Positions 51,321-60,062 of a stretch of DNA of 64,000 bases are shown here, in pieces. The number at the start of each line of letters is the position of its first letter. Within the stretch, counting starts at the first letter, position 1. The position numbers and the translations under genes were made by a program. The stretch is from Acidobacteriota bacterium (GTDB lineage: Bacteria > Acidobacteriota > Thermoanaerobaculia > Multivoradales > J023), in the NCBI GenBank assembly GCA_038748685.1, contig JBCDIS010000003.1, forward strand, positions 30,437-94,436. The letters run 5' to 3'. Below the pieces are notes generated by a model. The model was not told the DNA's origin, did not search any database, and worked only from the letters and a program-made list of their open reading frames with translations.

Positions 51321-54300
51321 TCAGTTGCGGGTGGGTGTCGTAACGCCGTCACGGGTGACGGCCATGCCGGAAGACCTGACGTCCATGATCACAGTGTGTC
51401 TGGTGTAGATGGGATGGCCCTCCCAAGAGCAGTTCATGCCCATGGCTTGCCGTCCCCTCACCTGGCAGGGTGCCCGACCGCGGAAAACGTAGTATTCGTC
51501 GAACTCCCGACCACCCGCCGTGCCCACCGCGCCAATCTCGTCGGGGAGGTTGAAGAGGTTGGAATCCACAATCTTCCACATCCCGCCCCGGATCCAGTTA
51601 CCGTTGTGGATCCTGTCGATGGCGGATCCCTGGAACCAGCAGCCGTCGACGACATTATCCGCGGCTTCTTCGATGTCACGACCTGTGAAGTCGGGCCCGA
51701 AGGGGGTCACCGCCATGTCGAAGACCGCCAGATCGCCGACGATCTGGGCCCAGCCCCGGAACTCCGTAATCTCATCAATGGGCAGGATGCAGGCCATCTG
51801 CTCGACGTTTCCGCCCATGGTCATGGGCGGCCCACCTCCGGTCTGCTGGGGTCTGGAGGACACCTCGAGCTTGATCTTGGCGTCGTCCCGCGCCGGGGTC
51901 GACGTCGGAACCGAAACCTTGACCCCCAGGTCCTGCTGGACACCAGGTTGTAGGGTGATCTGTCCGGAGGACGGGCTGAAGCTCAGCGTTGGGCTTCCTC
52001 CGCTCTTCGAGACCTCCCAATCGTAGATGCAGGCTTTGTTGGAGGTGTTTTTGATCGTCGCGGTCAGCGCCACGTTGCTGTCACCTGGTTTCAGGATCTT
52101 TTCTTCCTCTAGAACCACTCGACCACCGCATCCGGTGCACTGCTCCGCAGGTCTCGCCGTCCCCGCTTCGGGGTTGTTGACGTTGAAGTTCTGCTGGAAG
52201 AAGAACCCCTGGAAGGTCGTCCCCAAGGCCTGGAGGCCGATGGGCTGCTCGCAGCAGTCGTTCTGGGTCACCGTGGCGAAGCCGCGGCCGTCGATCGGCG
52301 GACCGTCGTCGGCGGCCTCGGCGCAGTCCCCACCGCCGAACGTGGTGCTCGTGGTGGTGCCGGAGCTGTTGGCGCTGCCGCCGAAGCCGGTGCAGTAGTT
52401 CACCTGGATCGCCACGCCGGGGGTGCCGGGGATCTCCGAGGCGAAGATCCCTTCCAGGCAGAAGATCGGGTACGTGAACCCGCTGGTGAAGTCGTACCAC
52501 CAGGAGATCGTCAGATCGACCCGCAGGTAGAACGACAGCACCAGACCGCCGATCCGCACCTGGTCCCCCAGGCCCAGCCCCTGGAGGATCGCATCCCCCT
52601 CGGCGCCGGTGTCCGGATCGAAGAGGATCGCCTCCGTGTGATGGAACTCCACCAGTTTCCAGCGGAACTGGAACAGGATGAAGAACGCACGCTCCACAGC
52701 CGAGAGCTCTCCGTCCTCGAGGTCCGCCGCCCGGATCGCCGCGGCGTCGAGCTTCTGGACCTGCTCCAGGGCCTCCCGGAGCTCCGACTCCTCCATCGAC
52801 TCAATCACCTGGAGCGCCTCCTGGACATCCTCCGGCGGCGGCTCTTCACCCGCCGCCAGCGCCCGGAAACGCGCCTTCAGGGAATCGCCGGGGATCAACA
52901 TCCGGGCACCCTGGCTCGGTTCCTGGATCTCCCCACCCTTGAGGGCGCTCATCTGCATCGGCTGGCCATTGAGGCGGCTCGCTGCCTCCCGCACCGAAGG
53001 CGCCTGGATGTAGACCGAGGGAACCGATGCCGCCTGCTGGGCGCCGAGGCGCTCCTTGAGGCCCGCCGTCACCTCACGGGTTTCGAGGGTCGAACGGCCC
53101 GCACCCACCACCTGGATCGGTAGACGCACCTGCTGGCCGTTCTTGGTCACCACGATCTCCGCCGGGCCCGGGGTCGACGGCGCACGGTAGCGGCCGGAGA
53201 GACGGTCGTCCGCCGTGTTCACCAGGCTCAGCATCTGACCCCGGGTCACGCTCAGGGACGCCCCCTGCAGGTTGTGACCCGCCACCGCCAGCAGGTAGAC
53301 CCTGCCGGTCTCCGGCTGACCCGGCGACCACAGGTCCACCAGCGGGCCCTGGGGCAGCACCCGAAGCGGCTCCGCGTCGGCGCCCTGGCTGTTCTCCGCC
53401 ACCAGGTTGTGGAAGTCCTCGACGTTGGTGTCGGTGGCGTCCACCTCCACCTGCATCGATGTCCCCGCAGGGTTCACGCTCAGCACCCGCGCCGTCGGGA
53501 ACGACCGCGGGGCCGCGCCCTCCGGCGGATCCATCTGGGCGAACGACACCCCCGTTCCGCCGAGGTTCGTACCCCGCACCGTCACCGTGGTCTTGCGGCC
53601 GTTGGTGATCCGCTCCGGGGTGATGTCCGTGATGTCCGGCTCCCCCCCCACCACCGTGCTCACCGTGCCCGATAGGTTCATCAGGTACGGATTCGGCACC
53701 GCCGGATCGTTGTGCCAGATCTTCAGCACCGCCGCGAAGCTGCCCTCCGTCGACGTATTCAGCCGTGCGGCGAAGTTGTCCTGCTGACCCGGGGCCAGGG
53801 GAGAAACCAGCGTCCCCGCCCAGCTGAAGGCGTTGCCCTGGGTGTTCTGCACCTCCACGTTGGTGGGGGAGTGCACCAGGACCAGGTTCCCCGCCCCTGA
53901 AGCGGCGGTGTTCTTCACCACGATGTTCTTACCCACCACGTTGTTGGTGCCGCTGTTCGGCTCCACCGAACCCCAGCTCAACGAGCCGCTATGGGAAATC
54001 GGGGGATTCGACCCGTTGCGCACCTCCAGCCGCGGCGGGTCGGTGGACTCCACCGTCGCCCTCAGGTTGATGCGCAGGGGCAGCGGACGGTTCGGGTCGC
54101 TGTGCCAGATCTGGATCTGACCGTTGAAGGTCCCCGCCTGCGCGGTGTTCAGCCGCACCACAAAGGTGTCCTGCTGACCCGGCTGCAGGGGCGAGTCCAG
54201 GGTCCCGGAGAGGCTGAACCTCGAAGAGCCCGTGATCTGGACGTTGGACGGGGTTCCCACCAGGATCAGCGGCGAGGAGCCCGCCGGCGCCGCGTTGCGC

Positions 54301-57300
54301 ACCGTCAGGGTCCTCGGCACCTGGCCGCCGCCGCCGGAACCCTGCTCCACCGTCCCCCAGTTCACATTGCCGTTGTGGGGCAGGGCGGAGCCGCCGTCGA
54401 GCACCATGAGGATCGGGTCCGGCAGGTCGACGGAGCTGAAGTTCAGGTCGTAGTTCTGCCAGTTGGTGGCGTTGAGCCGGAAGTCCCGGGTCCAGAACGA
54501 GATGTCGTTGGCCGGGTGCTCCCCGAAGCTGTTCTCCGGACGGATCGTGAAGATGACCGTCCGCTGGTTGCCGGCGAGGGACGTCGTGCAGCCGACGAGG
54601 GTCGCCGTGCCCGGGTTGAAGGCGTCCGGCCGCTTCGAGGCGAAGCCGCCCCCCTGGCAGGGCACCTGGTCCGCCGACCACAGGTAGCCGAGGCTCTGGT
54701 CCTGCCACGAGTAGTTGCCCCGCGGATTGCCGGCGTTGGAGCCCTGCAGGTTGATCAGCGCCCGCAGCTCGCGGATACCGCTGCCGGTGTCCGACGCCTT
54801 GGCGGTGATCTGGTAGGTCGATCCGTCGCCGATGGACCACTGCTGGCTCGACACCGTCAGCGAATCCCGCACCGGCTGGGTGTTGTCGACCCGGTAGTTG
54901 CCGGTCCACGTGCCCACCCGGCCCGCGCGGTCGCGGCCGCAGAGGTGGAGCACGTTGCCCCCTTCGGGCACCGTCAGGCTGTCTCCGGAGTTGAAGACGG
55001 TTCCGTTGGTGCAGGTGGCGTTGGTGGGGGCGTTCCACCGGTAGCGGGCCTCCGCCAGGCCGGTGTTGGCCCCGGCGCCGGGGCCGCCGGCGTCGTCGGC
55101 GCTCATCACCAGGGTGCGCTCGGCGAACCACTGGTCCGAGGCGTTGGTGGCCGACACCCGCGGGTTGTGGCGGTCCACCCGCACGTACCGCGGCTGGTTC
55201 CAGGGCCCCCACACGCCGTTGTTGTCCTGGGCGCGGAAGAAGTAGGAGCGGCGGAAACCGTCGCTGGGCAGGTGGCTACCGCTGATGGTGATCGAGGTGC
55301 CGCCGTTCTGGGTCACCGTCGCCTGACAGCCGGCGAAGCCGCCGGCGCTATCGTTGCTACGGCAGACGTTGTAGCCGGCGATGCCGGAGGGATCCGACGA
55401 CGGGGTCACGGTGGCGACGAAGTCCCCCGTCACCCAGCACTCGAAGGGGGGGTCGGTGGTGTACGCGCAGTTCACCGTGGTGGGGCCGGGGGCCGTCGGC
55501 GCGGCGGAATCGACCCGATACTGGCCGTTCCACTGGCCGACCCTTCCGACCCGATCCCGGCCGCACAGGTAGAGGACGTTGTCCCCCGCCGGCACGTTCA
55601 GGGTGGTGCCTGCCGTCACCGCGGTGCCGTTGGTGCAGCCGCCGTTGGTGGGGGCGTTCCACCGGTAGCGCACGTCCGCCAGGCCGGAGTTGGCCCCGGC
55701 GCCGCCGGCCGTGTCGTTAGCCTGGACGGTGGCGGTGCGCTCTTCGAACCATTCCGGCGACGCGTTGGTGGCCGACACCTGGGGATCGTGGCGGTCCACC
55801 CGCACGTACCGGGGCTGGTTCCACGGCCCCCAGGCGCCGCTGTTGTCCTGGGCACGGAAGAAGTAGGAACGGCGGAAGCCGTCGCCGGGCAAATGGCTAC
55901 CGCTGATGGTGATCGAGGTGCCGCCGCTCTGGGTCACCGTCGCCTGACAGCCGGCGAAACCGCCGGCGCTGTCGTTGCTTCGGCAGATGTTGTAGCCGGC
56001 GATGCCGGAGGGATCCGACGCCGGGGTCACGGTGGCGACGAAGTCCCCAGCCACCCAACACTCGGAGGGGATCTCGGTGGAGTACGGACAGCTCACCGTG
56101 GTGGGCCCGGGGGCCGAGGGGGGACCCGCGTCCACCCGATACTGGCCGCTCCAGGAGCCCACCCTACCGGTCCGGTCGCGGGCGCAGAGGTAGAGCACGT
56201 TGTCGCCGGCGGGGGCAGTCAGGGTCGCGCCGGAACTGGTCACCGTGCCGTTGGTGCAGGCGGCGTTGGTGGCCGCGTTCCAGCGGTATCGGATCTCCGC
56301 GAGGCCGGAGTTGGCCGCCGCCCCACCGGTGAGGTCAGCCGCCGAGACCGCGGCCGTGGCGCTTGCCACCCAATCGGCGGACGCCCCCGACGCCGACACC
56401 GTCGGCGCGTTGCGGTCCACCCGCACGTAGCGGGGCTGGTTCCAGGGCCCCCAATTGCCGGCGTTGTCCTGGGCGCGGAAGAAGTAGGAACGGCGGAAGC
56501 CGTCCGACGGCAGATGGGTACCGCTGATGGCGATCGAGGTGCCGCCATCCTGGGTCACCGTCGTGTGACAGCCGGCGAAGCCGCCGGTGGAGTCGTTGCT
56601 GCGGCACACGTTGTAGCGGGCGATCCCCGAGGCGTCCGTCGCCGGGGTCACGCTGGCGGTGAAGTTGCCCGTCACCCAGCACTCGAAGGGTGGGTCGGTG
56701 GAGTACGCGCAGGCCACCGTGGTGTTTCCCGGCGCCGACGGCGGCGCCGTGTCGACCCGATATTGGCCATTCCACTGACTCACCCGGCCTACCCGGTCGC
56801 GGGCGCACACGTAGAGGCGATTGTCCCCTTCAGGAGCGGTCAGCGTGGCGCCGGGGGTGGTGACCGTGCCGTTGGTGCAGGCGCCGTTCAATGCGGCGTT
56901 CCAACGGTAGCGCACCTCCGCGAGGCCCGAATTGGCCGCCCCGCCGCCTGTGGTGTCGGCCGCGGCGATGGTCGCCGTCGCGCCGCCGGTCCACGTCGCG
57001 GACGCCCCCGACGCCGACGCCGTCGGCGCGTAGCGGTCCACCTGGACGTACTTCGGCGAGTTCCAGGGGCCCCAGTTGCCCACCCGATCCTGGGCCCGGA
57101 ACCAGTAGGCGCGGCGGAAGCCGTCGGACGGCAGGTTCGAGCCGCTCACGGTGAACGACGTGCCGCCGGTGAGGGTCATGTTGGTCTCGCAGCCGGCGAA
57201 GCCGCCGCTGGAGTTGTTGCTGCGGCAGATGTGGTAGCCGTCGACCCCGGACAGGGCGTCTACGGCCGCGTTGACGGAGACGGTGAAGTTCCCCTGAACC

Positions 57301-57806
57301 CAGCAGGTACCCCCCGCGGTGTAGCTACAGGCCACCTGGGTGTTGCCCGGCGCCGACGGTCCGCTGGCGTCACGGTAGACGTAGACCTCGGGGTTGTCGG
57401 CCCAGCCGGTGCAGGCGTTGGCGCTGTCGCAGGCGCTCCAATAGTAGGCCCGGCGGAAGCCGTCGGACGGCAGATTGGAGCCGCTCACGGTGTAGGTGGA
57501 ACCGGTGTTGCTCGACATCACCGTGTCGCAGCCCCCCCAGCCGGCGACGTCGTTGCTGCGGCAGATCTTGAAATGGTGGGCCCCAGGGGAGGAGGTGGAG
57601 ATGGAGAAATTGGAGCCGACGTAGCACTTGCCGCCGACCACGGCGCCGCAGGCGGGCGATCCCTGGGTGGGCACCGGAGGCACCGCCGCCGCCGCGGGCA
57701 GGGCCCAGAGGAAGAGCGCCAGGCTTGCGAAAAGCAGCCCGACCCGCAGGTGGGGCCACTGTGGAGCAAAGGGAAAAGCGGTGTCGAAGGTCGAGTGTCG
57801 TCTCAT
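51321..57806 (-). CDS. Giant secreted Cys-rich repeat protein, copy 2 (2161 aa)
   Basis: Start MRRHSTF at 57806 with GGAG RBS. Same domain order as copy 1 but 4 modules. Mature N-terminus nearly the same (VPPVPTQG.P.CGAVVGGKC). Confidence 0.9.
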   Translation of the reverse strand: MRRHSTFDTAFPFAPQWPHLRVGLLFASLALFLWALPAAAAVPPVPTQGSPACGAVVGGKCYVGSNFSISTSSPGAHHFKICRSNDVAGWGGCDTVMSSNTGSTYTVSGSNLPSDGFRRAYYWSACDSANACTGWADNPEVYVYRDASGPSAPGNTQVACSYTAGGTCWVQGNFTVSVNAAVDALSGVDGYHICRSNNSSGGFAGCETNMTLTGGTSFTVSGSNLPSDGFRRAYWFRAQDRVGNWGPWNSPKYVQVDRYAPTASASGASATWTGGATATIAAADTTGGGAANSGLAEVRYRWNAALNGACTNGTVTTPGATLTAPEGDNRLYVCARDRVGRVSQWNGQYRVDTAPPSAPGNTTVACAYSTDPPFECWVTGNFTASVTPATDASGIARYNVCRSNDSTGGFAGCHTTVTQDGGTSIAISGTHLPSDGFRRSYFFRAQDNAGNWGPWNQPRYVRVDRNAPTVSASGASADWVASATAAVSAADLTGGAAANSGLAEIRYRWNAATNAACTNGTVTSSGATLTAPAGDNVLYLCARDRTGRVGSWSGQYRVDAGPPSAPGPTTVSCPYSTEIPSECWVAGDFVATVTPASDPSGIAGYNICRSNDSAGGFAGCQATVTQSGGTSITISGSHLPGDGFRRSYFFRAQDNSGAWGPWNQPRYVRVDRHDPQVSATNASPEWFEERTATVQANDTAGGAGANSGLADVRYRWNAPTNGGCTNGTAVTAGTTLNVPAGDNVLYLCGRDRVGRVGQWNGQYRVDSAAPTAPGPTTVNCAYTTDPPFECWVTGDFVATVTPSSDPSGIAGYNVCRSNDSAGGFAGCQATVTQNGGTSITISGSHLPSDGFRRSYFFRAQDNNGVWGPWNQPRYVRVDRHNPRVSATNASDQWFAERTLVMSADDAGGPGAGANTGLAEARYRWNAPTNATCTNGTVFNSGDSLTVPEGGNVLHLCGRDRAGRVGTWTGNYRVDNTQPVRDSLTVSSQQWSIGDGSTYQITAKASDTGSGIRELRALINLQGSNAGNPRGNYSWQDQSLGYLWSADQVPCQGGGFASKRPDAFNPGTATLVGCTTSLAGNQRTVIFTIRPENSFGEHPANDISFWTRDFRLNATNWQNYDLNFSSVDLPDPILMVLDGGSALPHNGNVNWGTVEQGSGGGGQVPRTLTVRNAAPAGSSPLILVGTPSNVQITGSSRFSLSGTLDSPLQPGQQDTFVVRLNTAQAGTFNGQIQIWHSDPNRPLPLRINLRATVESTDPPRLEVRNGSNPPISHSGSLSWGSVEPNSGTNNVVGKNIVVKNTAASGAGNLVLVHSPTNVEVQNTQGNAFSWAGTLVSPLAPGQQDNFAARLNTSTEGSFAAVLKIWHNDPAVPNPYLMNLSGTVSTVVGGEPDITDITPERITNGRKTTVTVRGTNLGGTGVSFAQMDPPEGAAPRSFPTARVLSVNPAGTSMQVEVDATDTNVEDFHNLVAENSQGADAEPLRVLPQGPLVDLWSPGQPETGRVYLLAVAGHNLQGASLSVTRGQMLSLVNTADDRLSGRYRAPSTPGPAEIVVTKNGQQVRLPIQVVGAGRSTLETREVTAGLKERLGAQQAASVPSVYIQAPSVREAASRLNGQPMQMSALKGGEIQEPSQGARMLIPGDSLKARFRALAAGEEPPPEDVQEALQVIESMEESELREALEQVQKLDAAAIRAADLEDGELSAVERAFFILFQFRWKLVEFHHTEAILFDPDTGAEGDAILQGLGLGDQVRIGGLVLSFYLRVDLTISWWYDFTSGFTYPIFCLEGIFASEIPGTPGVAIQVNYCTGFGGSANSSGTTTSTTFGGGDCAEAADDGPPIDGRGFATVTQNDCCEQPIGLQALGTTFQGFFFQQNFNVNNPEAGTARPAEQCTGCGGRVVLEEEKILKPGDSNVALTATIKNTSNKACIYDWEVSKSGGSPTLSFSPSSGQITLQPGVQQDLGVKVSVPTSTPARDDAKIKLEVSSRPQQTGGGPPMTMGGNVEQMACILPIDEITEFRGWAQIVGDLAVFDMAVTPFGPDFTGRDIEEAADNVVDGCWFQGSAIDRIHNGNWIRGGMWKIVDSNLFNLPDEIGAVGTAGGREFDEYYVFRGRAPCQVRGRQAMGMNCSWEGHPIYTRHTVIMDVRSSGMAVTRDGVTTPTRN
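54885..57368 (-). repeat. Four tandem coding repeats of 618-624 bp in giant protein 2
   Basis: Unit boundaries at 57368, 56750, 56129, 55508 and 54884. Confidence 0.92.
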
Positions 57807-58149
57807 CTGCCGTCTCCATTGGGAGCGTGTCTTTGGGTCGCTTGGAAGCTCGGGAGGTTCTCTTATTTTCAAAGGCGGGATTCGGTGGGAATCTTTCTCA
57901 TGGAGCTCAGGCTGCTCCGGACAACGGGGAACCGCCGAAGCCCGTCGAAGCTGAGATCACCGCCTCCACGACGGAGTGCGGAGCCCTCGGGTGGGGCGCC
58001 ATCCCTACACGCGAAAAGCGGGCCCAAGGTCTCCAGACGCCGTCCCGATCGCCGCAGGGACGGACCCAGGGCACCGGGACAGAATCGAGCCGGGGCCGGG
58101 CACAGGACCTGGATGCGGCCGCCGATCACCTCGGGTAAGATCGGCCACC

Positions 58150-59043
58150 GTGAGTGAGTCACCGGAGGAGACAGGCGGACGCGGGCGCGACGAGGCGGAA
58201 CGCCTCTTCGTCGACCATCTCGCCCTGATCGAGCGCCTGATGCGCTCCGTCGCCCGCCGCAAGGGTCTGCGGGACGACGAGGCGGAAGAGTTCCAGGGCT
58301 GGGCGAAGCTCAAGCTCGTCCAGGGGGACTACCGGATCTTCCGCCGCTACCGCGGCGACAGCTCCCTCGCCGGCTACCTCACGACCGTCCTCCTACGCCT
58401 CGCCCTCGACTACGTGATCCAGGAAAAGGGCAAGTGGCGACCCTCGAAGCGGGCCCAGCGCCAAGGCCGGGTGGCGGTCCAGCTGGAGACCCTCGTGCAC
58501 CGCGACGGCGTGGAGCTGGAGCAGGCGATCGCCATCCTCCGGGGCAACCTCGGCGTCCTCGAAAGCGCCGAAGAGCTGCGCAGGATGGCGGCGGAAATCC
58601 GCCGTACGCCGCAGCGCCGCTTCGAGGGGGAGGAGACGGTGGCGCGGCTGCCCAGCGGAGACCTCGCCGATCGGCGGGTGGACGAGGGGGAGGTTGCGGC
58701 GATCGCCGAACGGGCCGCCCAAGGCCTATCCGCGGCCCTGGGGGAGCTACCCCCGGAGGACCGCCTGATCCTACGCTTGCTCTTCGAGGAGGGGATCCCC
58801 GTGTCCAAGGTCGCCCGCCAGCTGCGGGTCGACCAGCGGCGCCTCTACACCCGCCGAGACGGCATCTTCAGGACCCTACGCCGGGACCTCGAACGCCGCG
58901 GCCTGGACGCCGACGACGTCGCCCAGCTGGTGGGCTGGGGGTGCTGGGCTGACGCCGTCACACCGGCGGCGGACGAAATCGGCAGGGCTGGTCCGTCCCT
59001 TGGAACGGGGAATGGAGCGCAGACGGGAGGACTCCACCGATGA
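58150..59043 (+). CDS. ECF-type sigma-70 factor
   Basis: GTG 58150, 297 aa. Region 2-like LIERLMRSVARR...DEAEEF...YLTTVLLRLALDY and region 4-like ALGELPPEDRLILRLLFEEGIPVSKVARQL...RRLYTR. Long insertion between the two regions. Confidence 0.88.
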   Translation: MSESPEETGGRGRDEAERLFVDHLALIERLMRSVARRKGLRDDEAEEFQGWAKLKLVQGDYRIFRRYRGDSSLAGYLTTVLLRLALDYVIQEKGKWRPSKRAQRQGRVAVQLETLVHRDGVELEQAIAILRGNLGVLESAEELRRMAAEIRRTPQRRFEGEETVARLPSGDLADRRVDEGEVAAIAERAAQGLSAALGELPPEDRLILRLLFEEGIPVSKVARQLRVDQRRLYTRRDGIFRTLRRDLERRGLDADDVAQLVGWGCWADAVTPAADEIGRAGPSLGTGNGAQTGGLHR

Positions 59044-60026
59044 CACATCCGATTCCGAACCCCGACCGGCCGGATCTCGAAGACCTGGCCTCCTTCGTGG
59101 AGGGGCGCCTCGACGGGCCGATGCGCGGGGCCGTCGTCGAGCGGCTGGCGGACGACGGGGACTACTACGAACTATACGTGGAGCTGCTGCGGTTCCAGGA
59201 CGAGGAGGGCATACCGGAAACGCCGGACGCCGACGACGGGGCGGGCGCAGAGGCCGCCGATGTCCCCCAAGCGATCCTTCCCGATCCGGCGGCCCCTCAG
59301 ACCGTCGTGCCGTTCCCGCCGACCCCCGAGGCGCCCAAGCGCCGACGCTGGGCCCCCGTCGCCGGCCTGCTGGCGGCGGCGGGGCTGGCGGGGATCGTCT
59401 TCGCGCCGGCGTTCCTCGGCAGCCCGCCGGAGTTGGGGGCCCTGACCGACGGCCTAGGGGCGAGGGCTGAGGCCCTGGAGATCGGCCCTAGACAAGTGAG
59501 CCGCAGCGGAGGGGGCAGGGCCCTGCGGGACGCGCCCAAGTCCTTTCTCCTGGGAGCTCTCCTCGTCGACCTTCAGCAGGCGGAGGGCGAAGACCCCGAA
59601 ACGCTGGAAAGAGACCCCGCGAGGGATATCCGTGCCTTGGGCTTCGAGGTCGTTCCGGCCGAACCATTTATGGATCGCGAAGGCATCATCGACCCCGTGA
59701 TCGTCCGCTTCGGAATGTGGACCCGCTCCGCCTGGTTCGCCTACGACGCCGGACAGTTCGAGCTGCTCGGGAGCCCCGCCTATCAGAACAGTCTGAGGTG
59801 GCTCCGCCGCAAGCTAGACCGGGAGGACCGCGAGCCTCTGGACGATCTCGTCAACGCATTGAAGAACACCCCGGATCAGGACCTCTCTGACCTGTTCGCC
59901 GGCATTGCGAGTCGCTACGACGCCCAGCTCTACGCTTTGGATGAGGCCCTGGGCCTCCTTGAGGGCGAGCAGGCCGCAGAGGACTCCGGCACAGAAGCGG
60001 CCGGCGACGGTCCCCCCGGCCCCTGA
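59040..60026 (+). CDS. Putative membrane anti-sigma factor (degenerate ZAS-like N-terminus, one TM)
   Basis: ATGA-coupled to the ECF. DLEDLASFVEGRLDG...VVERLADDGDYYE resembles a zf-HC2 helix pair without the ligands. TM WAPVAGLLAAAGLAGIVFA. Confidence 0.7.
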   Translation: MTHPIPNPDRPDLEDLASFVEGRLDGPMRGAVVERLADDGDYYELYVELLRFQDEEGIPETPDADDGAGAEAADVPQAILPDPAAPQTVVPFPPTPEAPKRRRWAPVAGLLAAAGLAGIVFAPAFLGSPPELGALTDGLGARAEALEIGPRQVSRSGGGRALRDAPKSFLLGALLVDLQQAEGEDPETLERDPARDIRALGFEVVPAEPFMDREGIIDPVIVRFGMWTRSAWFAYDAGQFELLGSPAYQNSLRWLRRKLDREDREPLDDLVNALKNTPDQDLSDLFAGIASRYDAQLYALDEALGLLEGEQAAEDSGTEAAGDGPPGP

Positions 60027-60062
60027 CTTTCAACGCCTCCCCCTTTCCCGGGGATGTAGGCT

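Noticed and set aside
46437-57368. CRISPR-like or non-coding repeat array
   Set aside because: Repeats are ~620 bp, in frame and protein-coding. There is no short repeat-spacer pattern and no cas genes.
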